Origin: Escherichia phage ECO07P1
Length of the DNA stretch: 64,000 bases
Direction: 5' to 3' (one strand)
Sequence record: OP172784
The position numbers were made by a program, and so were the translations under genes. Below the pieces are notes generated by a model. The model saw only the letters and a program-made list of their open reading frames with translations. It was not told where the DNA came from and ran no database searches. Below, one piece after another: positions 7,089-17,882 of the stretch. Position 1 is the first letter of the stretch. Each line of letters starts with the position of its first letter.

Positions 7089-9185
7089 ATGATGGAACTT
7101 ATTACAGAATTATTTGACGAAGATACTACTCTTCCGATTACAAACTTAAATCCAAAGAAGAAAATACCGCAAATTTTTTCAGTTCATGTTGATGACGCAA
7201 TTGAACAACCAGGCTTTCGTTTATGTACCTATACATCTGGAGGTGATACTAATCGCGATTTAAAAATGGGCGATAAAATGATGCATATTGTTCCTTTTAC
7301 ATTAACTGCTAAAGGTTCAATTGCTAAATTAAAAGGTCTCGGTCCAAGCCCAATTAATTATATCAATTCAGTTTTTACTGTTGCAATGCAGACGATGCGT
7401 CAGTATAAAATTGATGCCTGTATGCTCCGTATTCTTAAGTCTAAAACTGCTGGTCAAGCTCGACAAATTCAAGTTATTGCTGATAGACTTATCCGTAGTC
7501 GTTCGGGTGGCAGATACGTCCTTCTTAAGGAACTCTGGGATTACGATAAAAAGTATGCATATATTCTTATACATCGCAAAAATGTATCACTAGAAGACAT
7601 TCCAGGAGTTCCGGAAATTAGCACCGAGCTCTTTACTAAAGTTGAATCGAAGGTCGGTGATGTTTATATCAATAAAGATACTGGAGCTCAAGTAACTAAA
7701 AATGAGGCAATTGCTGCATCTATTGCGCAAGAAAATGATAAACGTTCTGACCAAGCTGTAATCGTTAAAGTTAAAATTTCCCGTAGAGCAATTGCACAAA
7801 GTCAATCATTAGAATCTTCTAGATTTGAAAGCGAATTATTCCAGAAGTATGAATCTACCGCAGCTAATTTCAATAAACCTGCTACCGCTCCTTTAATTCC
7901 CGAAGCAGAAGAAATGAAACTTGGAATTAATTCATTGGCTTCTAAAACTAAGGCAGCAAAAATTATTGCTGAAGGAACTGCAGATGAACTTCACTATGAT
8001 TATAAATTCTTTTCAAAAAGTGAGGTTAATGAAGTTTCTGAAAAAATTAAAGATGTAATTTTTAACGCGATCAAAAATGAACCGACTACTTCAATAAAAT
8101 GTTTAGAGAAGTATGCAGCAGCTATTAATAAATTCTTTGAAGAATATAAAGATACTTGGCTTGATAAACATAATAAAACCCGTAAAGGACAGCCAGATGA
8201 AGTCTGGGAAGAAATAACTAAAAATTCCTGGAACGCAGCAAAAACTAAATTCCTCAAACGAATGATTTATAGCTTTTCTGGAATTGGTGCAGGTCCAATG
8301 ATTGATATTACTATTGCCCGTGATGGTTCTAAATATACTCCATCACAAAAGCGCGGCATTAGAGAGTATTGTGGTTCAGGATATACTGACATCAATAATC
8401 TTCTTTTAGGACGCTACAATCCAGAACGATATGATGTAATGAGTGAAAAAGAAATTGAATCTGCTATAAATAACTTAGATTCAGCTTTTGAAAATGGTGA
8501 CCGTATACCGGAAGGCATTACAGTTTATCGTGCACAAAGTATGACTGCTCCTATATACGAAGCACTAGTTAAAAATAAAGTGTTCTATTTCAGAAATTTT
8601 GTATCTACTTCTTTAACTCCTATCATTTTTGGGCGTTTTGGAATTACACATGCTGGTATTGGTCTTTTAGAACCAGAAGCTCGTAATGAATTAACAGTTG
8701 ATAAAAATGAAGAAGGAATAACTATTAATCCAAACGAAATAAGAGCGTATAAAGAAAATCCTGAATACGTTAAAGTTCAAATAGGATGGGCAATTGATGG
8801 AGCTCATAAAGTTAATGTTGTATATCCAGGAAGTCTCGGAATAGCAACAGAAGCTGAAGTTATTCTACCACGCGGATTGATGGTCAAAGTTAATAAAATA
8901 ACTGATGCTTCTAATAACGACGGAACAACATCTAATAATACAAAACTCATTCAAGCTGAAGTTATGACTACGGAAGAACTCACCGAATCAGTCATTTATG
9001 ACGGTGACCGTCTAATGGAAACTGGTGAAGTAGTTGCAATGACAGGTGATATTGAAATAGAAGACAGAGTTGACTTTGCATCATTTGTTTCATCAAATGT
9101 TAAACAAAAAGTAGAATCATCTCTTGGAATTATTGCGTCTTGCATAGATATTACAAACATGCCTTACAAGTTCGTTCAAGGATAA
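7089..9185 (+). CDS. alt: Alt-like ADP-ribosyltransferase (virion-packaged), copy 1
   Basis: 698 aa; N-terminus M(M)ELITELFDEDTTLPITN matches T4 Alt from memory; ART-type R / STS / ExE elements (YRAQS.., FVSTS, EAEVILPRG); late promoter TATAAATA at 7061-7068. Confidence 0.85.
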   Translation: MMELITELFDEDTTLPITNLNPKKKIPQIFSVHVDDAIEQPGFRLCTYTSGGDTNRDLKMGDKMMHIVPFTLTAKGSIAKLKGLGPSPINYINSVFTVAMQTMRQYKIDACMLRILKSKTAGQARQIQVIADRLIRSRSGGRYVLLKELWDYDKKYAYILIHRKNVSLEDIPGVPEISTELFTKVESKVGDVYINKDTGAQVTKNEAIAASIAQENDKRSDQAVIVKVKISRRAIAQSQSLESSRFESELFQKYESTAANFNKPATAPLIPEAEEMKLGINSLASKTKAAKIIAEGTADELHYDYKFFSKSEVNEVSEKIKDVIFNAIKNEPTTSIKCLEKYAAAINKFFEEYKDTWLDKHNKTRKGQPDEVWEEITKNSWNAAKTKFLKRMIYSFSGIGAGPMIDITIARDGSKYTPSQKRGIREYCGSGYTDINNLLLGRYNPERYDVMSEKEIESAINNLDSAFENGDRIPEGITVYRAQSMTAPIYEALVKNKVFYFRNFVSTSLTPIIFGRFGITHAGIGLLEPEARNELTVDKNEEGITINPNEIRAYKENPEYVKVQIGWAIDGAHKVNVVYPGSLGIATEAEVILPRGLMVKVNKITDASNNDGTTSNNTKLIQAEVMTTEELTESVIYDGDRLMETGEVVAMTGDIEIEDRVDFASFVSSNVKQKVESSLGIIASCIDITNMPYKFVQG

Positions 9186-9188
9186 ATC

Positions 9189-11246
9189 ATGGAACTTATT
9201 ACAGAATTATTTGACGGCGCTTCGGCGCCGGTTGTTAACTTAAATCCTAAGCATAAAATACCTCAAATTTTCGCTATTCAAGCCGGTGAAGAAAGTGTGC
9301 TTCCTGGATTTAGATTTTGTACATACACCTCTGGCGGTGATACAAATAAAAACGTTAAGCCAGGCGATAAAATGATGCATATCGTAATGATAGGTGTTAA
9401 TGAGAAATTATCATTAGTTAAACTTAAAAACTTGGGTGGAAATCCAATTGGTGTTATTAATGCGGTTTTTGATACTGCTCTTCAAACAATGAAACAGTAT
9501 AAAATTGACGCATGCCTATTCCGCGTACTAAAAAGTAAAACAAATGGCGCAGCTCGTCAAATGCAAGTTATTGCTGACCGTTTAGTACGTACTAAAGGAG
9601 CAGGTCGATATGTTCTTTTAAAGGAAATCTGGGATTATGATAAAAAGTATGCATATATTATGGTTTACCGTAAAAATGCCAATTTAGAAGACATTCCAGG
9701 TGTACCTCCTATTTCAACTGAGTTATTCACAAAAGTTGAATCAAAGGTTGGTGATGTTTATGTAGATGTTAAAACAGGTAATGCTGTTCCTAAAGCTGTT
9801 GCTGTTGCTGCTTCTATTGCTTTAGAAAATGATAAGCGCACGGATCAAGCTGTTATTCAGAAAACTAAAATTAGTCGTCGATTAGCAGCGCAAGCTCAAT
9901 ATTCTACTGTAGATGCTTCGCTTCAGGGTGATAGCTTCGCTGCCAAGAAATATCAAGAGTTTGAATCTAAAGTTCCGGTATATAAAGCAGAAGGACCAAT
10001 GAACTCTGGCGTTATTCAGATTGGTTCAAACTTCAGCAAAGGAGCTATCGGTGGTATGAGAAGTGCTTCTCGTTTTAAATCTAGCGATTATGAACTAGAA
10101 AACTTCCGAAATCATATTGCATTGGCTCATGCGCGTTTACGTGATCCATCTATCAAGTTACAGAGCGATATAACATATCAAGGTTCTCAGGAATATTTAA
10201 AGAATAAAGAATTTTTTGATTATAAAACTGATAAAATTTTAAGCGATCTTGCTGACATTAATATTTCTAATAGCTTTGATGTTATTAAGAAAATCGTCAA
10301 TGATTTAGTTAAAGGTTCTAAAGCCACGCCAGACGAAAAGATAGCTATTGTTCAATTTGTCATGAATGGCATTTATAAATTGATTAATGAGTCTGCTTCT
10401 CAAGCGTATGAATATGCAAGTACCGAAGTACCCCCAAAAGGATTAACTCAGGCTGAGTCTGATGTAATTGAAGATTATTGTGCAGATTCATATGTTGAAA
10501 TGAACTCGTTCCTCTTGGGTAAACCAGATTCTACCCGTGAAGAATACATGGAACGAGCTATTAAACACATCGAGACGCTGGATTCTGCATTCGCCAAAGG
10601 ATCAGTTCTTCCTCCAGGAACTACGCTTTATCGTGGACAAGAAGTTACTTTTAAAACTTTACGCCATAATATTGAAAATAAAATGTTCTATTTCAAGAAC
10701 TTCGTATCAACATCGCTTAAACCAAATATCTTCGGTGAGTATGGTAAAAACTATATGGCCCTAGATGATTCTGGTGCAGTATTTTCTGGTGAAGGAGAAG
10801 GTTCAGTTGATGCTGAAGATTTAATGCATATGGGCAGTCACTCTGCTTACGCGAATGAAGATGCTGAAACTAGCGTGGGTATGGTAATTAAAGGGGCTGA
10901 GCGAATCAAAGTTATCGTTCCAGGTCATTTATCAGGATTTCCATCAGAAGCTGAAGTTATTCTACCGCGCGGAATTTTACTGAAGATTAATAAAGTAAGT
11001 ACGTACTTTATGAAAGAAACTGCTTATAACAAGTATCTAATAGAAGGTACAATCGTTCCTCCTTCTGAACAATTAGAGGAATCGGTATATGATGGCGACC
11101 ATCTAATGGAAACTGGCGAAGTTCGTCCAATGGCTGGATTTAATCAATTCCTTGTAGAAGAATCAAAAGAAGAGGAAAACGAAGTTTCTCAAATCTTAGC
11201 TTCTTTGGTTAACATTAACGGAATGTCTAAAAAGTTCAAAATGTAG
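9189..11246 (+). CDS. Alt-like ADP-ribosyltransferase paralog, copy 2
   Basis: 685 aa; N-terminus and C-terminal ART core (YRGQE.., FVSTS, EAEVILPRG) conserved with copy 1, central region divergent; starts 3 nt after copy 1 stop. Confidence 0.8.
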   Translation: MELITELFDGASAPVVNLNPKHKIPQIFAIQAGEESVLPGFRFCTYTSGGDTNKNVKPGDKMMHIVMIGVNEKLSLVKLKNLGGNPIGVINAVFDTALQTMKQYKIDACLFRVLKSKTNGAARQMQVIADRLVRTKGAGRYVLLKEIWDYDKKYAYIMVYRKNANLEDIPGVPPISTELFTKVESKVGDVYVDVKTGNAVPKAVAVAASIALENDKRTDQAVIQKTKISRRLAAQAQYSTVDASLQGDSFAAKKYQEFESKVPVYKAEGPMNSGVIQIGSNFSKGAIGGMRSASRFKSSDYELENFRNHIALAHARLRDPSIKLQSDITYQGSQEYLKNKEFFDYKTDKILSDLADINISNSFDVIKKIVNDLVKGSKATPDEKIAIVQFVMNGIYKLINESASQAYEYASTEVPPKGLTQAESDVIEDYCADSYVEMNSFLLGKPDSTREEYMERAIKHIETLDSAFAKGSVLPPGTTLYRGQEVTFKTLRHNIENKMFYFKNFVSTSLKPNIFGEYGKNYMALDDSGAVFSGEGEGSVDAEDLMHMGSHSAYANEDAETSVGMVIKGAERIKVIVPGHLSGFPSEAEVILPRGILLKINKVSTYFMKETAYNKYLIEGTIVPPSEQLEESVYDGDHLMETGEVRPMAGFNQFLVEESKEEENEVSQILASLVNINGMSKKFKM

Positions 11247-11301
11247 TTTACAAGTTCCTCATGTTGTGTTATAGTAGTCTTACTGACATAACATGAGGAA
11301 C
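11246..11301 (+). promoter_or_regulatory. early promoter (GTTTAC, TGt-TATAGT) nested inside a 12-bp inverted repeat whose 3' arm contains the RBS of ORF 11307
   Basis: GTTTAC 11246-11251; -10 11270-11275; arms GTTCCTCATGTT (11255-11266) and AACATGAGGAAC (11290-11301). Confidence 0.55.
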
Positions 11302-11306
11302 ACAAA

Positions 11307-11597
11307 ATGAAATCTTCTTTGCGCTTTTTAGGTCAAGAACTTGTAGTTGAAGGCGTTATTCCTGCTGATAACGCTTTTAATGAAGCAGTTTACGATGAAT
11401 TTATCAAAATTTTTGGAACAGATAAAAAGTTCGGAATTTTTCCTTCTGAAAATTTTTCAAAGCCAGAACAGACTGAAAGTATTTTTCAGGGTGTGGTAAC
11501 AGGTAAATTTGAGTCAGAAGCTCCGGTAAAAATTGAAGTTTATATTGAAGACAGTTTAGTTGCTTCAGTTGCTGCTTTCATTTCATTCCGTAAATAA
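11307..11597 (+). CDS. hypothetical protein (96 aa)
   Basis: ORF with RBS GAGGAACACAAAATG; own early promoter cassette; hairpin terminator at 11602-11623. Confidence 0.45.
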   Translation: MKSSLRFLGQELVVEGVIPADNAFNEAVYDEFIKIFGTDKKFGIFPSENFSKPEQTESIFQGVVTGKFESEAPVKIEVYIEDSLVASVAAFISFRK

Positions 11598-11601
11598 AAA
11601 C

Positions 11602-11623
11602 ATGGGGACCGAAAGGTCCCCAT
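11602..11623. terminator. bidirectional terminator hairpin between convergent genes
   Basis: ATGGGGACC-GAAA-GGTCCCCAT flanked by A-run upstream and T-rich downstream; sits between ORF 11307 (+) and gp54 (-). Confidence 0.65.
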
Positions 11624-11625
11624 TG

Positions 11626-12591
11626 TTATATTGCTCCTAATATTTTACTCTGCGAATTGACAATCCCTGTCATAGTATTAATGTTTGAAATGCTTCCTGC
11701 AGTTCCACCTAATCTACTAAGTCGTGAAAGCGAACTAGATAGTTCAGTAACACCTCCATTATTTCCAGAAGAGCTTTGAATACCATTTATAGCAGCAGAT
11801 TCAAGCCATTCAAGCGCAGCTTGTCTATCAACTGCTCCAGCCTGCATGACTCTATACGCAAAAGTAACATCAAATGTAGTTATTTGGTTATCTCCATCAT
11901 ATGATAACTCAGGAGCGCTCACTGACACTGGAATGCATCCGGTGAACATCACCGCAGTATGAGGCAATCCATTGCGAGAATGAAGATTAACTTGGATATC
12001 CGCCTCGACATCTTGCGGCAGAGCACGTAATCCAGTTACTGGGTCTTGAACAGCATTGACCCAGTCTTGCATTGCACGATAATTACACGACTCTGAATCC
12101 ATTCTAAATGAAATAACCAAAGGGTCTAATTCTCTCCCGGTTATGCGAATATTAGGAGAATTATAGTTCCAGTCAGTTTCATAAGATAATCTATTCTCTG
12201 GCATTTTTACAGAGTATATCATCAATCCAGATGAGTTATATGCCATGTTAAAGAAGTCAATTAAATATGTACCAACTGTAAATGAGCCTAATAAACTTTG
12301 AACTGTACGTTGACTCATTGCACCAATTAGATATTTACTGACTCCTGATTTTCTTGTCAGTTTTTGTGTTCCAGCAGTAATTAACGTTGTAATTCCCTGA
12401 TTAATATCGCCTTGGGTTAATCCTAACCAATCTGAATTTAGACCCAAGTTATTATAAGAAAAGTTGCTAATTGAACTTATCAACGAAGAGCTTTTAGTTG
12501 ATGGAGTTGTCGCAAAAACGCAGCTAAACATATTATTACGTTGAAAATCTGCGTTTATTGCTTGATTATTAAATTCCTCTAAAGAATACAT
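11626..12591 (-). CDS. 54: baseplate tail-tube initiator gp54
   Basis: 321 aa; position and length as T4 gp54, adjacent to gp48/gp29. Confidence 0.8.
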   Translation of the reverse strand: MYSLEEFNNQAINADFQRNNMFSCVFATTPSTKSSSLISSISNFSYNNLGLNSDWLGLTQGDINQGITTLITAGTQKLTRKSGVSKYLIGAMSQRTVQSLLGSFTVGTYLIDFFNMAYNSSGLMIYSVKMPENRLSYETDWNYNSPNIRITGRELDPLVISFRMDSESCNYRAMQDWVNAVQDPVTGLRALPQDVEADIQVNLHSRNGLPHTAVMFTGCIPVSVSAPELSYDGDNQITTFDVTFAYRVMQAGAVDRQAALEWLESAAINGIQSSSGNNGGVTELSSSLSRLSRLGGTAGSISNINTMTGIVNSQSKILGAI

Positions 12592-13685
12592 TAAAAAGTC
12601 CCCGCATATAAAGAAGCACGGTTTAACGTAATAATTTCTCTCATAGTAATCTCGAGAGTAAATGTACTAGGGAGATTTGGTGCAATAGCTAATCCGTTAA
12701 AGTTACCGTTAGGTGTTTTATCAAATCTGATGCTCTGTATTTGGCATGGACCAAATATTTCCGTTTTTCCATCAAACTTAGATGTTGCACCAAAGTTTTT
12801 CACCATCCAAATCGTCGGGTTTGAAACTACTAGAACGTTAGTTAAACTCGATGTCATTTTCTCAAATAGTGTTTTATTTTTAGCCGCGTCTTCCGGAGAT
12901 AAAGGTTCAATTAACGTAGAACGATACCAATCATCTAAATACCCCTTTATTTCAGCGGCATATTGAGATTTACCCGTTTCACCATAAGAAAAATAGTTAA
13001 AATATTGATAGATATTAATAATAGCCATTAAATCTTCTGTTGAACGTGGCGTCAAATCCCATGTAAACACTTTAGTTCTATTCTCAGCACCGCCATACAT
13101 ACTTCTGGCTGTAGTATAAATCTGTTCATTATTATCAGCCATTATACCCTGTGTTATACTTTCCAGTGCCCCAAATACTGCAGTTGAAGCAATATTACTT
13201 AACACACCAGTAGCAGTACCTCCGCCTCTGCTGATAAGACTTTCTTGAACATCATTAAATCTATGTGATGATGTATCAACATCGGATTTAGATCTTGGTA
13301 AAAGAATATTTGCAACAGGGGCTTTACTTATTGTTCCTGAATTATTATCTGATATTAATCCATTTGACAGTTTTGATACTGTATTACTGATAGTGTTTCT
13401 GGCTGTACGTAAAATACTCGAAGATGAAGAAGAGTAGTTAGATCTCATCGATCTAAGACTTCCAGAATCCCTAGATGACATATTGTATGCAGTAAATAAT
13501 AATCCATTCTTATATAGATCTGTTACCTGGAAGTCCCCTGTAGTGTCATTACCACTAGCACGCCCAGTTGGAAACTGGGCTGTGTATGTTTTAATTCCTA
13601 CTTCTGATTTAGTGCTTTGTCCGGCTGAAATTGTCTCACCGGATTTTTTAATTAAATCAGCAGTTATTTCTTTAACAATTGCCAT
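12591..13685 (-). CDS. 48: baseplate tail-tube cap gp48
   Basis: 364 aa, as T4 gp48; synteny 29-48-54. Confidence 0.8.
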   Translation of the reverse strand: MAIVKEITADLIKKSGETISAGQSTKSEVGIKTYTAQFPTGRASGNDTTGDFQVTDLYKNGLLFTAYNMSSRDSGSLRSMRSNYSSSSSSILRTARNTISNTVSKLSNGLISDNNSGTISKAPVANILLPRSKSDVDTSSHRFNDVQESLISRGGGTATGVLSNIASTAVFGALESITQGIMADNNEQIYTTARSMYGGAENRTKVFTWDLTPRSTEDLMAIINIYQYFNYFSYGETGKSQYAAEIKGYLDDWYRSTLIEPLSPEDAAKNKTLFEKMTSSLTNVLVVSNPTIWMVKNFGATSKFDGKTEIFGPCQIQSIRFDKTPNGNFNGLAIAPNLPSTFTLEITMREIITLNRASLYAGTF

Positions 13686-13693
13686 ATTATTCC

Positions 13694-15466
13694 TTAATTA
13701 ACTCCAGTCGCATCAAATACACCAGGAGCAGTCGTACTCGTTACGGGTGTCATATTATGAACGACAGTATTTTTCTTAATAACATTATTAGTATTATTGA
13801 TTGAAGGAGATGCTTGTTGAACAGGAGCTTGCTGTGCTTTGTTCTTTTCAATCACCTGAACCTGTTTCGCTTCCGGTGATTTAGCAGAAGTTTCAGGTTT
13901 GGCATTAGGCTGATTTTTCTTGAGCTCTTGATAAGTAGCATCAATTTTAGAAAATCTAGCAGCAAGTTCTTTTTTAACTGCCGGTGAATTATTTAAATCC
14001 GGGTCATCCATCCGTTTTTTAAGGTCTTCATAGGCAGCTTCAACTGATTTAACAGTTGAGTCTTTACTCATATCAGCTGAATCAGCATATTTTTCAAAAC
14101 GAATCATCGCGGCACGAGCTTCATTGGCCTTCATTAAAGCATTTTTTCTTTCTTCAGGTGAAAGCTGCTTTAATTTTTCTTCTTCTGCTGCACGTTCTTC
14201 GTCAGTAGTCAGTGCTTCTTTATTATCTACACCACGAATCCAGTTAGATGCACGAGTTTTCCAGTTAGAGATTTTGTCTAGTCCTTCTGCTATTGGGCCA
14301 ATGTCTCCATTCATTCGTTTATCTTGATAATTTGCTACTTTTTCTTGGTCTTCTTTATTGAGAGACGCTCCAGTAGAATTTTGGAAATTTTCTAGTGCTC
14401 TTCCTTCTACTTCATCTGCAGTGTCTTTCATACCAGGAATGACTCGAAGGATTGCTGCAGATAATTTAGCCATTCCAAGCTGAATAAGTTCTCCTAAATT
14501 ATAAAGAACCTTTCCAAGCCCTTCTACAATAGCTACCGTCAAACCGCCCCAATCTCCCTCTTCCCAGAATTTTTTAATTTCATCAATAGAACTAAAGATG
14601 CTCTGTAATAAAGGACCCCATGTTCCTGTTTCACTAGAGAATTTAGTAAAGTCTGTACTAAATAAATCCCATGCCTGCGAAAATTTATCTGACCAATATT
14701 TGAAATGAACCATCAACAGGTCTATTCCGACAACAACAGCCAATATCATTGCTGTCATTTTAGCAGCTTCAATAGCAGCACTGACGGTATACTTAAATAG
14801 CATGCTTGATATTTTATCAGTAATTGAAATAGATTTCTTAAATCCGAAATCAACAGTCTTTGTTAATTTATCTAAAGCTTGAGATAATTTTAAGTTAAAT
14901 GTGTCTTTTTTCTGTTTTTCTTCTGGCGATTCTTGTTTAGGTTCAACTGGCTGAGGGGTAGGGAAAAAATCAGCATCAGGATCATTATTAACTGCTTCAG
15001 GAGCTGGTAATAAAGGACCCACAGATTCAGCTGTATCGTCCTCAACAACTTTAACAGGAATAGCGCTTTCAACCGTGGCTAAACTAGTTCCTGTTTGTTG
15101 AATTCCAGCTGTCTGAATTTTTTGCTCCAGTAAACTTGTTAATTTATCTAATTTGCTCCCGAGCGATTCACCGATTTCTTTATTAATATTATTGCCAATT
15201 TCGACAGTTTCAGCAATTAACTCAGAACCAGCAGTAGTATCACTCACTGCGCTTTCTACGTTGTCAATTGCTCCAATTATTTCATTCGATTTTTCTTCGA
15301 CAGTTTGAGCAATTAATTCAGACGCAGCTTGAGCATCATCCAATTTCGTAGATATATCGTTAAGTCCAGATAAAGTGTTAGAAGCGGATTTAGCCGCTTC
15401 CTGTGTTGGTTTATTATCTGAAATAACTTTTCTACGCATCGTTTGCATTTCTTGTGGCTTTTTCAT
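13694..15466 (-). CDS. 29: tail length tape-measure / baseplate hub protein gp29
   Basis: 590 aa, as T4 gp29; synteny. Confidence 0.8.
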   Translation of the reverse strand: MKKPQEMQTMRRKVISDNKPTQEAAKSASNTLSGLNDISTKLDDAQAASELIAQTVEEKSNEIIGAIDNVESAVSDTTAGSELIAETVEIGNNINKEIGESLGSKLDKLTSLLEQKIQTAGIQQTGTSLATVESAIPVKVVEDDTAESVGPLLPAPEAVNNDPDADFFPTPQPVEPKQESPEEKQKKDTFNLKLSQALDKLTKTVDFGFKKSISITDKISSMLFKYTVSAAIEAAKMTAMILAVVVGIDLLMVHFKYWSDKFSQAWDLFSTDFTKFSSETGTWGPLLQSIFSSIDEIKKFWEEGDWGGLTVAIVEGLGKVLYNLGELIQLGMAKLSAAILRVIPGMKDTADEVEGRALENFQNSTGASLNKEDQEKVANYQDKRMNGDIGPIAEGLDKISNWKTRASNWIRGVDNKEALTTDEERAAEEEKLKQLSPEERKNALMKANEARAAMIRFEKYADSADMSKDSTVKSVEAAYEDLKKRMDDPDLNNSPAVKKELAARFSKIDATYQELKKNQPNAKPETSAKSPEAKQVQVIEKNKAQQAPVQQASPSINNTNNVIKKNTVVHNMTPVTSTTAPGVFDATGVN

Positions 15467-15996
15467 TCAAATAATCCAATAATATTGCCAATTCCGGTTA
15501 TTGGACCATTAGGGCCAGGAATTGCTAAAGTTGTAAAAATATCATTTGCCCATTTTAAAACGAATGCTGGCATCTCAAGAAAATTAATTTCTTTAACTTC
15601 ATCATTGACCTTAAGCAAGCATTTGGATAACATATCGCTCACAGTTAAAAATTGTTCAAATTTTCCAGGCGGTCTAAAATAAAATGTATTTCCTTGGTAT
15701 TGAAATTCTAATCTTTGGCATACATAAACATCATTAATGTCATAAGTATAACCATCTATTTCTTTACGAGATTTAATCTTTCCATTAAATTCCAATAAAT
15801 GAATAGAAACGAAATCAACTTCTGCCGGTGATAAATTCGGACAAATAGAATCAATAAGAAGTTTTAAATTTTCATCAGGACCTTTAACATCTTTTAAAAT
15901 GTTATAATGTTTAAGACCCATTTTAGGAATAGAAACTTCTTTATTGCTTATTGGAAGAACTACTTTCTTCAGTGGTAGTATCAGATTTAAATTCAT
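15463..15996 (-). CDS. 28: baseplate distal hub subunit gp28
   Basis: 177 aa, as T4 gp28; overlaps gp27 3' end by about 56 nt in a different frame (an internal Met at 15921 is an alternative start). Confidence 0.75.
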   Translation of the reverse strand: MNLNLILPLKKVVLPISNKEVSIPKMGLKHYNILKDVKGPDENLKLLIDSICPNLSPAEVDFVSIHLLEFNGKIKSRKEIDGYTYDINDVYVCQRLEFQYQGNTFYFRPPGKFEQFLTVSDMLSKCLLKVNDEVKEINFLEMPAFVLKWANDIFTTLAIPGPNGPITGIGNIIGLFE

Positions 15997-17116
15997 TTTT
16001 AACCTTAACTGGGTCTATTGTTTCCAGTTTCGTTGCATTAGTGAACATATATAAATGAGTTACTGAATTATTATTTGATAATTCATGGATAACTTCATCA
16101 ACGTAAAATTCTGTTTTAAATTGGTTTTTACTATCATTAAAAATAATTTTAACTCCAGGTGTCAAGTTAAAATTACCGACAGTAGAACATTTAGCATAAC
16201 CATCGTATTGTGCCATAGTTTGAAGACGAATAGCTTCTTCATATCCATTCCTATAAGTCATTTCAGAATAAGCGCCTGACCTTGACACCACAATAGAGTT
16301 TTCACCCTTTCCTGTAGTAATCATTGGTATTGAAGAATCTAAAAATGAATGCGCATAGATAGTAGCGTTTTTCATTGGGTCACGTTTGTGAGGATTCGAT
16401 TTAGTCAACCAAACAAAATCATATGCTAATGGATATTTTAATTCTTGGATGAATTGACCTATTAAAGATGGTTCACCGACAATCATTGGATATGGTTCTT
16501 GATTTATCATCATATCATAGTCCATCATGTTAACTCCCATGATGTCTTGCCACACAAATACAAATTTGTCGCTTCCTACAGCTAGACCAACTTCTCTTAC
16601 ATAGGACAAATAATTTTCAAATGTACTAGTCCATGGAATATCAGGAACATAAGCATTTATAGCATTTATTGCTGGAGTTAATAATGTGCGGTCTTGATAA
16701 ATGACGCCAAGCATTTCCTTTATAGATTCACCTGCATCAGGGAAAAACGGTCTGCCAAATTTAAGATTTTCTATAGAATGAATAGTTCCCAATTCAATAG
16801 CAATGATGTTATCACCCTTTGAATCTACTGACACGGAAAAATGCTTACATCCATAAATTCGTGTTTTAACATTATTAATATCGTTTGCATTAGCTACAGA
16901 AATCTGAATTATTTCATTTCCATCCATTTTTGTATGGATATTTTTAGAATCATAAAACTGCAGCATTCCTTCATTTCGGCCATAAAGAGAATCCCGCATA
17001 GTTAATGTGGTAATAGTAGCAGCTAATTCAACAAATCTATTATTACTCCAAGCGTCGTAACTATCAAACAATTTAACGCTGAGATTTGGATATCCTGGGC
17101 GTTGCAGCATACTCAT
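15941..17116 (-). CDS. 27: baseplate hub subunit gp27
   Basis: 391 aa, as T4 gp27; synteny. Confidence 0.85.
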   Translation of the reverse strand: MSMLQRPGYPNLSVKLFDSYDAWSNNRFVELAATITTLTMRDSLYGRNEGMLQFYDSKNIHTKMDGNEIIQISVANANDINNVKTRIYGCKHFSVSVDSKGDNIIAIELGTIHSIENLKFGRPFFPDAGESIKEMLGVIYQDRTLLTPAINAINAYVPDIPWTSTFENYLSYVREVGLAVGSDKFVFVWQDIMGVNMMDYDMMINQEPYPMIVGEPSLIGQFIQELKYPLAYDFVWLTKSNPHKRDPMKNATIYAHSFLDSSIPMITTGKGENSIVVSRSGAYSEMTYRNGYEEAIRLQTMAQYDGYAKCSTVGNFNLTPGVKIIFNDSKNQFKTEFYVDEVIHELSNNNSVTHLYMFTNATKLETIDPVKVKNEFKSDTTTEESSSSNKQ

Positions 17117-17865
17117 TATTGTTTATCCTTCTCAATCAGTTTTAATACGAATCCGCGCTCGGCAGGAATCATTTTCATTATTGAATTTAAGCTATAATTA
17201 CTTTTTACGAGCGTGTGATTAATTTGATAAAAAGTAAATATTTCATCTGGGTTAACTAATAGCTTAAACACATCTACTATATCAGTGTATTTTTTTACAT
17301 ACTTATTACAACACGACATATGCAATGTTAAATTAATAGGATTCATTGCATCGAGAATTTTTTCTAGTGTTTCTATCTCGATGGCGTCAACTAGTTCTAT
17401 TTGACTGGACTCGCTAATTTCCTTCCAATCATACCATGTTTCATCTACTTGAACAGAATGAATATTTTCAGTAATCATCTTTGCTTTATTTTCATAAAAC
17501 TCAGAAGGAAACTTTAATTTAATTTTAACATTAGCTACATCAAAAACAGGTTCCTTTAATTCTTTTTGATATATTTCAAATGGAACTGTCTTTTCTTTTT
17601 TACATTTTGGACACACAAATGTGACTGGTACTTTAGTTTTACCTATTGACCCTACAAATACCTGCAAAAATATAAATGGTTGCCAAGTCTTCGGATAGTC
17701 TCCAAAATAATCAGCAATTAAATCAGCAATTATTTCTTTTTGTTCTTGTGGTGATCGATGTTCTATATCGTTTCGAACTAACAAAAAATCTCGATAATCT
17801 TCTACCGTAAATGGTTTAAAACGATGAACACCATCTGGTAATTTACAACGAATAATGTTTGCCAT
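17116..17865 (-). CDS. 51: baseplate hub assembly catalyst gp51
   Basis: 249 aa, as T4 gp51; late promoter TATTTATA (minus sense) at 17883-17890. Confidence 0.8.
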   Translation of the reverse strand: MANIIRCKLPDGVHRFKPFTVEDYRDFLLVRNDIEHRSPQEQKEIIADLIADYFGDYPKTWQPFIFLQVFVGSIGKTKVPVTFVCPKCKKEKTVPFEIYQKELKEPVFDVANVKIKLKFPSEFYENKAKMITENIHSVQVDETWYDWKEISESSQIELVDAIEIETLEKILDAMNPINLTLHMSCCNKYVKKYTDIVDVFKLLVNPDEIFTFYQINHTLVKSNYSLNSIMKMIPAERGFVLKLIEKDKQ

Positions 17866-17882
17866 AGATGCTCCTTTTATTC

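Noticed and set aside
7368-8257. Several short ORFs on both strands inside the first alt gene
   Set aside because: Nested within a long, well-supported coding frame with recognisable ART motifs; no independent signals.
15941-15996. 56-nt overlap of genes 27 and 28 as a possible programmed frameshift site
   Set aside because: No slippery heptamer seen; the overlap is more simply explained by uncertainty in the gp28 start (an internal Met at 15921 removes it) or by ordinary gene overlap.
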